A stretch of DNA of 64,000 nucleotides from Candidatus Latescibacterota bacterium (GTDB lineage Bacteria; Latescibacterota; UBA2968; GCA-2709665): positions 128,001 to 192,000 of the forward strand of contig CAXXXF010000006.1 in NCBI GenBank assembly GCA_963667175.2, written 5' to 3'. Shown one piece after another: positions 8,840-18,651 of this stretch (position 1 is the stretch's first letter; each line of letters begins with the position of its first letter). The position numbers were made by a program, and so were the translations under genes. The notes below the pieces were generated by a model. It was not told the DNA's origin. It ran no database searches and saw nothing but the letters and a program-made list of their open reading frames with translations.

Positions 8840-11800
8840 CTATCGCGCGGTCAGCCGGGCATCCTGGTGCAGGCCGTGGATGATGTAGTCCGTAAGCGCC
8901 TCGATGACCACGTCCGTCGGCAACTCAAGATACTCGCCTTCCGGCTTGACCCCCTCCGGCAGTTTCAGATAGTCCGCCATTTCTGCCGGAAGGTAGGTCA
9001 TTTCGTCGCCGAAGAACGTGGGCATCTTGGTGCCGGGCTGAATCTTCTGCGGATCCCACAGCCAGTCCCTGATCCATGCCGGCTTCAGCCGCTCCCGCGC
9101 CAGCTTCAGGTCCGGCGCCCAGCTTGCGGGGTCCCCGGTGGGCTTGACGTCGCCCTGCTGGTGGCACGTGAAGCAGTTGTAAATATCTGCGCTGAACAGC
9201 TTCTTCGCGCCGCTCATCTCTTTATAACTCAGTCGTTTATGAACAAACATCGCGTAGGGGAACTGCTGGTCGTCCAGGCGCGAAAAATAGGTGACCAGGT
9301 CGATGGCCTGCGGGTCTTCGAAGCCGAACGTGGGCATCCGGACCTCGAGCCACGGACGGATGGGCTCCACGTTCTTCAGGAACGAGAAGAACCAGTCCGG
9401 CTGGACTTTTCTGCCCTCGCCGTTCAGCTCCGGCGGCACGAAACCCACGGCGTCGGCTGCGGAGACGTCCTCGGCGCCGTAAGCCGTCACCAGCGGCTCC
9501 CGGATCGCCCCCCCCTGATTCTCCACAACGTGGCACCCCTTGCAGTTCCTGTCGTACACCAGCCAGCGGCCCTTCTCGACGTCCACTTCGTCGGGCGCCA
9601 GGCGTTTGATCGCGTCCGAACCCACCTGGCTCCGGTTCAGGCTCAGCAGCGCCGTCGTCAACGCGTGCGCGTCTTCGTCGCTCAGACCGAACTGGGGCAT
9701 ACGCAGCTTGTCGTCGAACTGTTTCACCTTGCCCTTGTCGAAGACCCGAGGATGCTTGAGCTTCTTGAAGAACCAGTCGTGGCGCGTATAGGGGATGGCG
9801 TCGGGATCGGTGTTGTAGGAACCCGGTTTTTTGGCCAGAAGGCCAAAGTCCAGCTTGTCGACGTCCTTGCTGCCTTGCTCAGTCAGTTCGGTGCCGATGG
9901 GCTGGGCGTCTTCGAATCCCGGAATGAGGTGACATCCGAAGCAGCCCTGCCGGGAGATGATCTTCTCGCCCAGCCAGATATCCCGCTCGTGACCCGACAT
10001 CCCGGCCAGTTGCTCCTTCGCTGTCTTCACGGGCAGCCTGCCTCGCAGATAGTTCAGCACAAGGTCGTCGCGCACCTGCGCGTCCACTGCCGCCACCTGT
10101 CGGGCTTCGAACTCCGTATTCCGAAGGGTAAGCAGATACGCGGAAATATCGGCGGCTTCCCGGTCGGTCAACCGCAGATTCGGCATCCGGGTGTCCGGGA
10201 AATAGGCCGTGGGATCCTTCAGCCACGCGAACAGCCATCCTGAAGACAGCTTGCTGCCCACGTCGTTCAGATTCGGGCCGAAATTCCGGAGACCGTATTC
10301 CTGGCCCAGCTGATCGTCCGCGCCCACCACGTGGCAGGCCTTGCAGCCCACCATTTCCACGAGGCGCTCGCCGCGGCCGGCATCGCCCTGCGCCGGAGGC
10401 GGGGGGTACTGGGGCCTCTCGGACTTCTCGAAGATATACGTCACGACGGCATTGACCGCAGCCGTATTGCGCGCGATATCCTCCGGTCCGCTCACGTTGG
10501 CCAGATCGAAAATCTTGGGCATCTTCGTGGAAGGCCGGAACCCCCTGGGATCACGCACCCACTTGATTGCCCAATCGCGATCCAGCTTGCCGGCCGCCTT
10601 TCGCAGGTCGGGACCGACGTTTCGCACGTCCTGCAGCGTATGTTTTGCGATTTTGTGGCACCCGTGGCAACCCAGCGTGCGAACGAGATGGATGCCGCGA
10701 TTCAGATTGTCCGCCTGCGGCACGTCCACAACGCCCGCGTGGCACTGCGCGCACGTGGACTCGACGTAGCGGCTGGGCAGCATCGGGTGGTCCCAGTATT
10801 TCATCTTCTTCCACCCGTACAGCTTTTTCCAGCGGGCAGCCTCGGCGTCGTCGCCCGGGGAATGTGCCGTATTCTTGAACGTAACGCCCCGGTCGCGCCC
10901 GAGATGGCAGGTGGTGCACCCGGACTCGTCGATCGGATGCGGCGAGCCGCTGCTCAGGAAAAGGTCCAGTCTCGGATGCGTGGCGAATGCCCTTGTGCGG
11001 CCTAGCCGTACATCCTCATCCGCGTGGACCGATTCCATATACGTTCTGAGCGTCTCATCCTTGAACCAGCCGGATTCCGGATCGAGTTCGTACCCCGGTC
11101 GGTCGATGTTCACGTGACACGTGGTGCACCGGTCCACGCGGGGAACCCGGGTAAAATTGAGTTCGTTTCTCAGATCGGCCAGAACGACCTGGCGGACCTT
11201 GATGGACGGATCGATGAAATCGACCATCGGCAGGTTTCGGAACACATTGGGAAAACTGGGCACAAGACCCGTCAACTTCCGCCTCAGGTTGTCTTCATCC
11301 TTGCGCAGCGAGCGCCGCCTGGACGCCAGCGCCTGCCGCTTCCCGGCCACTTCATCGATGATCTTCTGCTGAGCCGCCTGTTTCTCCTCCACCGCCTCTT
11401 TGGCCAGCCGGAACTCGAAGATCCGGACTTCCATGGCCTCCATCTCGGCCTTCTTCTTCGCCGCGGTTTCCTCATACCCGGCTTTGGCCGCGTCTTCATA
11501 CTCGAACTTCACCACGTCGTACTGCGCTTTTTCGAACTTGAGTCTCTGATCGGCGCTGTAAAAGTCCGCCTGCGTCAGCCGCTTCAACTCGGTCGTCGCC
11601 GCGTCGTATTGTTCCTGGTGCGCCCGGATTGCGGCCTGAATCCCGGCGAGTTCGTCCTCGATCGCCTTCAGCGCGTCCTGATCGACGTTCTCCTGCGCCC
11701 GCTTGATTTCAGCCTCGGTCTTGTAGGCCTCCAGCGCCATCGCTTCCTTCTGAAAGTCCTTCCATTCCCGGTCGTAGTCGTCCCAGACCATCCAGAGCAC

Positions 11801-11893
11801 GGCGACAACCAGCACCACGCTGGACACGGCGAAGATCATGTTCATTCTGTCTACGTTGTAGACGAAGTCAATAAAGCGCTTCGGCTCATTCAT
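8840..11893 (-). CDS. Membrane-anchored octaheme cytochrome c with coiled coil, associated with the Rieske/cytochrome b complex
   Basis: Eight CxxCH motifs (CTTCH x2, CAQCH, CHGCH, CKACH, CFGCH, CKGCH, CFTCH); N-terminal TM helix and coiled coil. Confidence 0.9.
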   Translation of the reverse strand: MNEPKRFIDFVYNVDRMNMIFAVSSVVLVVAVLWMVWDDYDREWKDFQKEAMALEAYKTEAEIKRAQENVDQDALKAIEDELAGIQAAIRAHQEQYDAATTELKRLTQADFYSADQRLKFEKAQYDVVKFEYEDAAKAGYEETAAKKKAEMEAMEVRIFEFRLAKEAVEEKQAAQQKIIDEVAGKRQALASRRRSLRKDEDNLRRKLTGLVPSFPNVFRNLPMVDFIDPSIKVRQVVLADLRNELNFTRVPRVDRCTTCHVNIDRPGYELDPESGWFKDETLRTYMESVHADEDVRLGRTRAFATHPRLDLFLSSGSPHPIDESGCTTCHLGRDRGVTFKNTAHSPGDDAEAARWKKLYGWKKMKYWDHPMLPSRYVESTCAQCHAGVVDVPQADNLNRGIHLVRTLGCHGCHKIAKHTLQDVRNVGPDLRKAAGKLDRDWAIKWVRDPRGFRPSTKMPKIFDLANVSGPEDIARNTAAVNAVVTYIFEKSERPQYPPPPAQGDAGRGERLVEMVGCKACHVVGADDQLGQEYGLRNFGPNLNDVGSKLSSGWLFAWLKDPTAYFPDTRMPNLRLTDREAADISAYLLTLRNTEFEARQVAAVDAQVRDDLVLNYLRGRLPVKTAKEQLAGMSGHERDIWLGEKIISRQGCFGCHLIPGFEDAQPIGTELTEQGSKDVDKLDFGLLAKKPGSYNTDPDAIPYTRHDWFFKKLKHPRVFDKGKVKQFDDKLRMPQFGLSDEDAHALTTALLSLNRSQVGSDAIKRLAPDEVDVEKGRWLVYDRNCKGCHVVENQGGAIREPLVTAYGAEDVSAADAVGFVPPELNGEGRKVQPDWFFSFLKNVEPIRPWLEVRMPTFGFEDPQAIDLVTYFSRLDDQQFPYAMFVHKRLSYKEMSGAKKLFSADIYNCFTCHQQGDVKPTGDPASWAPDLKLARERLKPAWIRDWLWDPQKIQPGTKMPTFFGDEMTYLPAEMADYLKLPEGVKPEGEYLELPTDVVIEALTDYIIHGLHQDARLTAR

Positions 11894-11997
11894 CGAACGG
11901 CTCCAGGGTGGAGGCGTCGGACCGTCGTGCCGCGTCCACCAACCCCTTCAAATAGCACACAGAATGCCGCAGCGACGCCGGCAACAAGAGTGAACCC

Positions 11998-13074
11998 TCA
12001 GATATTGAAGAAATACTCCGGTATGGCGACGATGTATTTCAGGTTGAACAGCCAGCGCAGCAACATCTTGATGGGGAGGGCGACCATGCAGAGGAAGAAG
12101 AAGATCATCACACTGTAGCGGGCGAATCCCATGTTCCTGTAGAATTCCTTGAACGCCGTCTGCGCGAGCAATGGCGGCGGAACCAGAAAGTACAGGATCA
12201 CCAGCAGAAATCCCCATATCTCGCGCGTCAACCAGAAGGAAGGCAAGCCCGTGCCCAGCCACTGGACGTAGATATATTCCGAGAGATTGACGTTGACCAG
12301 CGCTTCCAGCTTATGTACGTCCCAGAATTCGTAGGGTCCGAAGAAATTCCAGTTCGGCCCGCGCAGGAACGTGCCGATCATGATCAGCACGACCCATAAC
12401 ACCACAAAGCCGAACAGGAACACCGTAATGGCGAACCGCCGTTCCTTGAACGTGTAGTATCCCAGACCCCTGGGATTCCGATCGATAAATGGAATGGCCA
12501 TGAGCCCCACGATGACGAGGGTTGGCAGAACAACCCCGGCGATCCAGGGATCGTAATAAACCAGCATTTCCTGAAGTCCCAGGAAATACCAGGGCGCCTT
12601 GGATGGATTGGGGGTCTTTGCGGGGTTGGCGGGCTCCTCGATGGGAGCTTTTATCAGTACGGACCAGAGAATCAGGAATACCGTGGCCAGCGTCAGGCAG
12701 ATCAACTCCGTGTAGACCAGATGAGGCCAGGTGAGGACTTTTTCCTTGAATTCCGCTTTTTCAATCGGTCCTTCGCCCCGCGCGATGCGTTCGTCGTTGT
12801 CGTACCCCTGTTTCATGCTGTACCAGACAAAGAACCCCACCAGGAACAGGAGCATGACAATGGGGATATTGTCACCCTTCGTCACGATGATGCGAAAATT
12901 CTCATCCTGAAAACTAACCAGAAAGAAGACGATCGAGGCGATCAAGGCGGGCAGACCGAAACGGACCGTCCATACCCAGCGGGTCCGCAAAGCCAGAAAG
13001 AAGAGAATGGCAAACAACGGCATGAAATATTCAGGCGTAAGAAGCCAATTGACGAAGCCTTTCAGAACGTCCAT
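11998..13074 (-). CDS. Cytochrome b subunit IV-like (PetD/QcrC-type) with N- and C-terminal TM extensions
   Basis: WPHL and PANPAKTPNPSKAPWYF (PEWY-equivalent), then PFIDR. Confidence 0.85.
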   Translation of the reverse strand: MDVLKGFVNWLLTPEYFMPLFAILFFLALRTRWVWTVRFGLPALIASIVFFLVSFQDENFRIIVTKGDNIPIVMLLFLVGFFVWYSMKQGYDNDERIARGEGPIEKAEFKEKVLTWPHLVYTELICLTLATVFLILWSVLIKAPIEEPANPAKTPNPSKAPWYFLGLQEMLVYYDPWIAGVVLPTLVIVGLMAIPFIDRNPRGLGYYTFKERRFAITVFLFGFVVLWVVLIMIGTFLRGPNWNFFGPYEFWDVHKLEALVNVNLSEYIYVQWLGTGLPSFWLTREIWGFLLVILYFLVPPPLLAQTAFKEFYRNMGFARYSVMIFFFLCMVALPIKMLLRWLFNLKYIVAIPEYFFNI

Positions 13075-13123
13075 CGTGTTCCTCGGTGAAACTCCGGATT
13101 TACAGCGCGGAGGCCGTTTCCAC

Positions 13124-13909
13124 CTACATTGGTCCCGAAATCCCGCCGTCTTTCCGCACCCGCCAGAAGTGAACGGCCATCAACACGGCCGCGACGAACG
13201 GGATGAACAGACAGTGCAGGACATAGAATCTGAGCAGCGCGCCCTCCCCGACAAAGCGGCCCCCCAACAATGCGAATCGGGCATCGTCGCCGGCGTGAAC
13301 CAGATTGATATCGCCAAGCATGAGGAACGCCGCTCCGGGCCCCTCGTGACCGAGGAACGGGGTTGCCCGGGCCATATTCGACCCAACGGTAATGGCCCAG
13401 ATGGCAAGCTGATCCCAGGGGAGCAGGTACCCGGTAAAGCTCAACAACAACGTCAGAAGAAGCAGAATGACCCCGATCGCCCAGTTGAATTCGCGAGGCG
13501 GCTTGTAAGATCCGGTCATAAACACCCGCAGCATATGGAGCCAGACCGTAATGATCATGGCGTGGGCGCCCCATCGGTGAATCTCCCGCATGATGCCCAG
13601 CGGCACCTGCTCGCCCAGGTCTATAATGTCGGTGTAAGCGTACTCGAGAGTGGGCCGGTAGTAGAACATCAGCAGAATGCCGGTGATGGTCTCAATCAGA
13701 AAAATAAAAAAGGTGAGCCCACCCATACACCAGGTGTAGCGCACCCGGATTCCCGATTTGGGCGTGCGCACGGGATGCAGATGCAGGAAAACGTTGGTCA
13801 ACACCACTTGCGCGCGACCGCGTTCGTCTCTCGGCACGTCGTGCCGGAAAATGGACTTCCAGATCTGAGAGCGCTTGGTCCGGTCCAGGAGGCCGGAAAT
13901 CTTCGGCAT
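13124..13909 (-). CDS. petB: Cytochrome b6-like N-terminal subunit
   Basis: [40 protein letters not shown] and VHFW motifs. Confidence 0.93.
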   Translation of the reverse strand: MPKISGLLDRTKRSQIWKSIFRHDVPRDERGRAQVVLTNVFLHLHPVRTPKSGIRVRYTWCMGGLTFFIFLIETITGILLMFYYRPTLEYAYTDIIDLGEQVPLGIMREIHRWGAHAMIITVWLHMLRVFMTGSYKPPREFNWAIGVILLLLTLLLSFTGYLLPWDQLAIWAITVGSNMARATPFLGHEGPGAAFLMLGDINLVHAGDDARFALLGGRFVGEGALLRFYVLHCLFIPFVAAVLMAVHFWRVRKDGGISGPM

Positions 13910-13995
13910 ACCGTGTTCTCCCGATTAACCCGAAATCCTGAAACAGTCGCAAAATTCGCGTGAAAGAGGATACCGCCGCCGGAGTGCGGGCGCGA

Positions 13996-14946
13996 CTATA
14001 TCCGCAGGAAGGACTCCGGGTTGTCCCAGTGACCTTTCTCGTACTGAAATTTCCGGGTCTTGTCGACCAGCACCTGTCCGTCTTCGGCCAGCACGATGCG
14101 CGCCCTTTCCAGGGGGCGCGGCGCAGGACCTTCGAAGTTGATGCCCGACATGTAAAAACCGCTGCCGTGACACGGACATTTGAATTTCTGTTCGTTGCCC
14201 AGCCAGTTGGGCGTACAACCCAGATGCGTGCACACCGAAATGAGCGCGAACATGTCCTGCGTGGACTTGACGATCCAGACGCTGAACTTGTCTTTCCAGC
14301 GTTCATCCACGCCCAGATCGTAATCTTCCGCGAATCCGATCTTGAAAGACTGGGGCGGTTCAAACAGCACGTTCGGGAACAGAAAGCGCCCGAATCCCAG
14401 AAGCCCGGCCGCCGACGCGGCCGCAAAGGACGCCCAGGCCAGGGTCAGCCAGGTGAAGAACCCGCGGCGGGTGGTCATGCCGCCTTCGGCGACGGCCTGC
14501 GTTCTCTCGGGACCGGGGCGGATTGCGGGCGGCGCCGGAGACGTCTGTACGATCACACGCTCCTCGGCAGGCTCGTCGGTTTTCTGCGTCAACGCGCGAG
14601 CGGCGGCGGCCCGGTCCGCGGTGGATGCGGCTTTCCTGGCCGGCGCGCCGGACGGCGCCGGTTTTGCGCCGCCGCGAGCCTTGCGCATGAGTTCGGCCTT
14701 TGCCTTCGCGCGGGCAACGCGGTCCTGGATCTCGTCCAGCGACGAAAGATCCACTTCGGCGGCCGCGGATTCGCCTCCCGTTTCATCCGGGGCCTGCGAG
14801 GAAGCCTCGTCTGACGGCGTCTCCCCGGAGGCATCACCCGCGGCGGCCTCCCGGGCCTTGCGGAGCGCCTCCGCTTTGGCCCTGGCCCTGGCCACCCGAT
14901 CCGGAATTTCGTCAAATTCCGAAAGATCGATATTTTCTTCCGACAT
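13996..14946 (-). CDS. petC: Rieske [2Fe-2S] subunit with a ~155-aa N-terminal extension
   Basis: CTHLGC, CPCHGS and GPAPRPL; internal Tat-like RRGFF plus TM helix near aa 160. Confidence 0.93.
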   Translation of the reverse strand: MSEENIDLSEFDEIPDRVARARAKAEALRKAREAAAGDASGETPSDEASSQAPDETGGESAAAEVDLSSLDEIQDRVARAKAKAELMRKARGGAKPAPSGAPARKAASTADRAAAARALTQKTDEPAEERVIVQTSPAPPAIRPGPERTQAVAEGGMTTRRGFFTWLTLAWASFAAASAAGLLGFGRFLFPNVLFEPPQSFKIGFAEDYDLGVDERWKDKFSVWIVKSTQDMFALISVCTHLGCTPNWLGNEQKFKCPCHGSGFYMSGINFEGPAPRPLERARIVLAEDGQVLVDKTRKFQYEKGHWDNPESFLRI

Positions 14947-15069
14947 GGTGTTCCCCGGAAACCGGCCATGCGGTTCTTGGATCGGAAATCGTCAGATCTG
15001 AATTATATATGATATAAGTTTATAAAATACCGGGAATTGCATCATTTACGGCCCGAAATACAACGGGCC

Positions 15070-15098
15070 AATATATCCAAACCACCCCGGAATGTCAA
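15070..15098 (-). promoter_or_regulatory. Sigma70-type promoter for the respiratory operon
   Basis: TTGACA-17 nt-TATATT on the minus strand, upstream of the Rieske gene. Confidence 0.65.
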
Positions 15099-15204
15099 GC
15101 GGCATTTTCTGCAGATTCGCACCTTCCGGGAGCCAATGAAAAAGGGATCCGACAGGCGCCCCGACAGCCGGATCCCTCGCCGAAATTCCATCGGTTCAAC
15201 CGGC

Positions 15205-16113
15205 TCATTCTCCCCCCCATCCATTCAGAACCTCGATGGCGGCCTGCCGGACCCGCAAGTCCGGATCCTGACTACGCAGCCGCTGCAGCGCCGGGGCCAG
15301 CGACGTCGCGTTGAGCATGCCCACGGCCCTGATCGCTTCGACCAGAACGTTACGCCGACCCTCTCCGCTTATCCTTTCGAAACCATTCAGATACCCGGGG
15401 CTCAGCATTTCGCCCAGCACCTCCAGACCCGCGTTGTTACCGGCGGAAGCCAGTTGCAATGCGGCGTTCCAGCGAACGTCGGGGGCCCGGTCGTGAAGCG
15501 CCCGTTCGAGTGCCGACGGCACTCGCGGATCATCGAAATTACCCAGCGCGAATACCGCGGCCTTGCGCAATCCGGCATCGTCGCCTGACGCGACCCTGAT
15601 GAGATGCGGGACGGCCGTGGGATCTGCCTGCGCCCGGAGCGAGAACATCGCGTTGATACGGGTTTCGTCGTCCGGGTCGTCCAGCGCGGAAATCAGAACG
15701 CCGACGAGTTCGGGGTCCCGCACCCGTCCCATCGCCGCGGCCAGAAAGCGCCTCACCCGCGGGTCGTCCGAACGGGAAGCTTCGAAGACCCGGACCAACT
15801 CCCCGACGAACCTGTGGCCGATCCGTCCCTCCCGCTGTTCCTGGTCGAGTACCGTGGCCAGTTCATAGGCCGCCTGCCACCGGCTGTTGATGCCGCCCAC
15901 GCGAATGGTATTGAGATAGTCCTCCGCGGTCTTTCTTTCGGCCGTCAACAACCCCAACCCCAGGTATATGGCAAGCGCCACGAGGATGATCGCCACCGGA
16001 AAGATGACGAACTGCGAAACCAGCCTTGCCCGTGAGACGTCCGCGTCGGAAACCGGAGCGGTGGCGTCGTCCGCGATTTTTCTGAGTTCCTCTTCGGGAG
16101 TCGGTTCGTTCAT
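15205..16113 (-). CDS. HEAT-repeat protein with N-terminal TM anchor
   Basis: Repeated L.D.D..VR..A..ALG units; one TM helix. Confidence 0.85.
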   Translation of the reverse strand: MNEPTPEEELRKIADDATAPVSDADVSRARLVSQFVIFPVAIILVALAIYLGLGLLTAERKTAEDYLNTIRVGGINSRWQAAYELATVLDQEQREGRIGHRFVGELVRVFEASRSDDPRVRRFLAAAMGRVRDPELVGVLISALDDPDDETRINAMFSLRAQADPTAVPHLIRVASGDDAGLRKAAVFALGNFDDPRVPSALERALHDRAPDVRWNAALQLASAGNNAGLEVLGEMLSPGYLNGFERISGEGRRNVLVEAIRAVGMLNATSLAPALQRLRSQDPDLRVRQAAIEVLNGWGGE

Positions 16114-16183
16114 TTCAAAGCCTTTGCCAGGAAAAACCGCAAATGCCACCCACCGCGTGGACGCGCGTATGCGCGCGGTTCGA

Positions 16184-16211
16184 AATATACACTGCCCGCG
16201 CGCGCTGTCAA
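16184..16211 (-). promoter_or_regulatory. Sigma70-type promoter for the HEAT-repeat gene
   Basis: TTGACA-16 nt-TATATT on the minus strand. Confidence 0.5.
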
Positions 16212-16257
16212 GGATTTGGTCCCCCGCGAAGTTCTCCCGGACCCGGCTCCTTCCTCC

Positions 16258-16286
16258 TTGACAACCCCCGGCAAAGACCGTATTTT
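16258..16286 (+). promoter_or_regulatory. Sigma70-type promoter for the ferredoxin-like gene
   Basis: TTGACA-17 nt-TATTTT. Confidence 0.55.
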
Positions 16287-16344
16287 ATCATCGGACGGCA
16301 CAGATTGCATCTGGAAGTTCCGATCGACAGGAGGTCACAATTCA

Positions 16345-17073
16345 GTGAACGTCGACCTTACCCAGTTTGACGGCATCACCGACCGGGTGGCGCGCGCCAG
16401 GGCCAAAGCCGAGGCCATGCGGAACGCAAAGCAGGGCGGCGGCGCGGAATCGGCGCCCGACGCGGCCAGCGCCGAACTGGAATCATCGGCCGCCCCCGCG
16501 GAAGCCGAACAGGAACCCGCCGGCCTGACCATTCTCGAATTCAGGCCCGGCATCCACTTCAAACTGAACGGGCGCGCCGGACGGACGGTGGGCATCCGTT
16601 ACGATCTGGTCAGTTTCGTGTACGACGACGACCCGGACCAACTCGTTACCTCGGACCGATACCGCCTCAGCCACGCCCACGCCGAAGGCACGCTGGAATT
16701 CGCGCCGAAGTCGGAGGTCTACAGACCGGAGCGCGTCGCGAAGAAAGAACGCGTCGACTTCCACGACCACCTGTGGCTCGAGTCCCGCTCCGGCATGACG
16801 GCCAAGAAGAAACGGCCGCGGCATATTGCCATAATCAACCCGGACTATTGCACCGGCTGCAACGCATGCATCGAAGTCTGTCCGACCGACTGTATCGAGG
16901 AAGTGGACGTGGCCGATGCAGGCCTCGACGGCATCGGCACATTCTGTGAAGTCCGCCTGGAAGACTGCATCGGATGTATCCAGTGCGTGCACATCTGCCC
17001 ATGGGAAGCCATCGAAATGGTGGACACCCCGCGGGTTGAAGAGGCATACGGTATTCCCGTAGGGACGCTGTAG
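16345..17073 (+). CDS. 2x[4Fe-4S] dicluster protein with N-terminal extension
   Basis: AGGAGG at 16329 before GTG at 16345; CTGCNACIEVCP and CIGCIQCVHICP. Confidence 0.88.
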   Translation: MNVDLTQFDGITDRVARARAKAEAMRNAKQGGGAESAPDAASAELESSAAPAEAEQEPAGLTILEFRPGIHFKLNGRAGRTVGIRYDLVSFVYDDDPDQLVTSDRYRLSHAHAEGTLEFAPKSEVYRPERVAKKERVDFHDHLWLESRSGMTAKKKRPRHIAIINPDYCTGCNACIEVCPTDCIEEVDVADAGLDGIGTFCEVRLEDCIGCIQCVHICPWEAIEMVDTPRVEEAYGIPVGTL

Positions 17074-17172
17074 TTCGAAATTGAAAGAGGTCAAATTGAG
17101 AGAGCGTCTACCGGTTCAGGTCGACGCTCTTTTTCCATGGCTGGATTCTCGAACGGCGAACAACGCTGCCCG

Positions 17173-18141
17173 TCAGCTGACACCTGACGTCAGCGCCTCG
17201 GAGACGCAGGCCATGTCCGGCGGCAGATCCGCGTGGAATTCCAGTGCTTTGCTCGATACCGGATGGTTGAAACCGAGCACGCCGGCATGCAACATCTGCC
17301 GATTCGCCAGATCCAGGACCGTCCTGGCCGCGTTCCGCAACGCCGGCGCAATCCCCCGAATCCGTTTCGCGCCCCCTCCGTAGGCGGTATCTCCGAATAC
17401 CGGATGGCCGACGTGGGCGAGATGCACGCGAATCTGATGCGTTCTACCCGTCTCCAGCCGCAACCCCAGCGTCGACGCGAACCCGTGGGACGCCTTTACC
17501 TCGTACCGGGTGGCGGCAGCGCGTCCACCGGTGTCCACCACGGCCATGCGCCTGCGGTCCTCAGGGCTCCTGCCGATGGCCTTCTCGATGCGGCCGCGCT
17601 CCGCCCGGGGTTGCCCCCATACAATGGCGGTATATCGCCTGGTCACCGCACGCGCCTCCAACTGCCCTGCCAGCCCCCGGTGGGCGGCGTCGTTCTTGGC
17701 CACCATCAGCAGACCCGATGTTTCTCTGTCCAGCCGGTGAACGATTCCGGGACGCAGAACGCCGTTGATCCCGGAGAGACCGTCGCAATGGGCAAGGAGG
17801 CCGTTCACCAGAGTTCCGGTTCGCGCGTCTCCCGTGGGATGCACGACCAGGCCTGCAGGCTTGTTGACGACAAGCAGATGCGCGTCTTCAAATAAGACGT
17901 CCAGGGGAATCTCCTCCGGATCGAGTTCGGTCGGTCGGGGGGCAGGCAGACAGACGACGATTCTTTCGCCGGCCGAAACCCGGTAGCTTGATCGAACCGG
18001 TTTTCCGGCTACCAGCACGTCCCCCGAGGCAATCAGCGCCTGGATTCGAGTCCGGGAGAACGGTTCGCAAACGGTCGCCAGCAGGCGGTCCAGCCGGCTG
18101 CCCGCGTGTGAAGGAAGGACGGCAACGTCAATCTTCGTCAT
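17173..18141 (-). CDS. rluD: RluA-family 23S rRNA pseudouridine synthase
   Basis: S4 domain (RLD), NKPAGLVVHP, HRLDRETSG, GRTHQIRVH. Confidence 0.93.
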   Translation of the reverse strand: MTKIDVAVLPSHAGSRLDRLLATVCEPFSRTRIQALIASGDVLVAGKPVRSSYRVSAGERIVVCLPAPRPTELDPEEIPLDVLFEDAHLLVVNKPAGLVVHPTGDARTGTLVNGLLAHCDGLSGINGVLRPGIVHRLDRETSGLLMVAKNDAAHRGLAGQLEARAVTRRYTAIVWGQPRAERGRIEKAIGRSPEDRRRMAVVDTGGRAAATRYEVKASHGFASTLGLRLETGRTHQIRVHLAHVGHPVFGDTAYGGGAKRIRGIAPALRNAARTVLDLANRQMLHAGVLGFNHPVSSKALEFHADLPPDMACVSEALTSGVS

Positions 18142-18592
18142 CCTTTCCGCCCTTCAGAAGACCACAGCCCAGGATCAACAGGCCGGCCCCCACCGTGACG
18201 GATGCGTCGGCGACGTTGAACACCCACCAGCGAAGGGATCCGAGTCCGAAATCCAGAAAATCAATCACGGCGCCGAAACGGACCCGGTCGATGACGTTGC
18301 CAACGGCGCCGCCCAGCACAAACGCCAGGCCGGCCGACGCCACCCGCTCCCCGGGCGGCAGCCGAAGCCACGTCACCGCGACGATGATCAATGCCACGCC
18401 GGCGAAAATCAGATGTGCAACGTTCCCGCCCAGCCTCAATCCGAACACGGCGCCGGGATTGTGTATATAGGTCAACCTGAAGAATGAGCCCAGCACGGGA
18501 ATCGACTCGCCGAGGAACATCGATTCCATCACCATCCGCTTTGACACCTGGTCGAGGAAAACGACAACACCGGAAATCCAGAGGCTCCGCAC
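18128..18592 (-). CDS. lspA: Lipoprotein signal peptidase II
   Basis: DQVSK, NPGAVFG, GNVIDR, VIDF and FNVAD; GTG at 18592 preferred over the longer ORF. Confidence 0.93.
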   Translation of the reverse strand: MRSLWISGVVVFLDQVSKRMVMESMFLGESIPVLGSFFRLTYIHNPGAVFGLRLGGNVAHLIFAGVALIIVAVTWLRLPPGERVASAGLAFVLGGAVGNVIDRVRFGAVIDFLDFGLGSLRWWVFNVADASVTVGAGLLILGCGLLKGGKDDED

Positions 18593-18651
18593 GTCGCCCC
18601 CAATGGTGACGAATCGAACGCGCCCGATCCTGCAACGGGCCGGCGGACGAA

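Noticed and set aside
7880-10243. 787-aa plus-strand ORF and similar long antisense ORFs (e.g. 1863-3014, 11024-12118, 25994-27409)
   Set aside because: They shadow well-supported minus-strand genes, have no motifs, and are expected in high-GC DNA.
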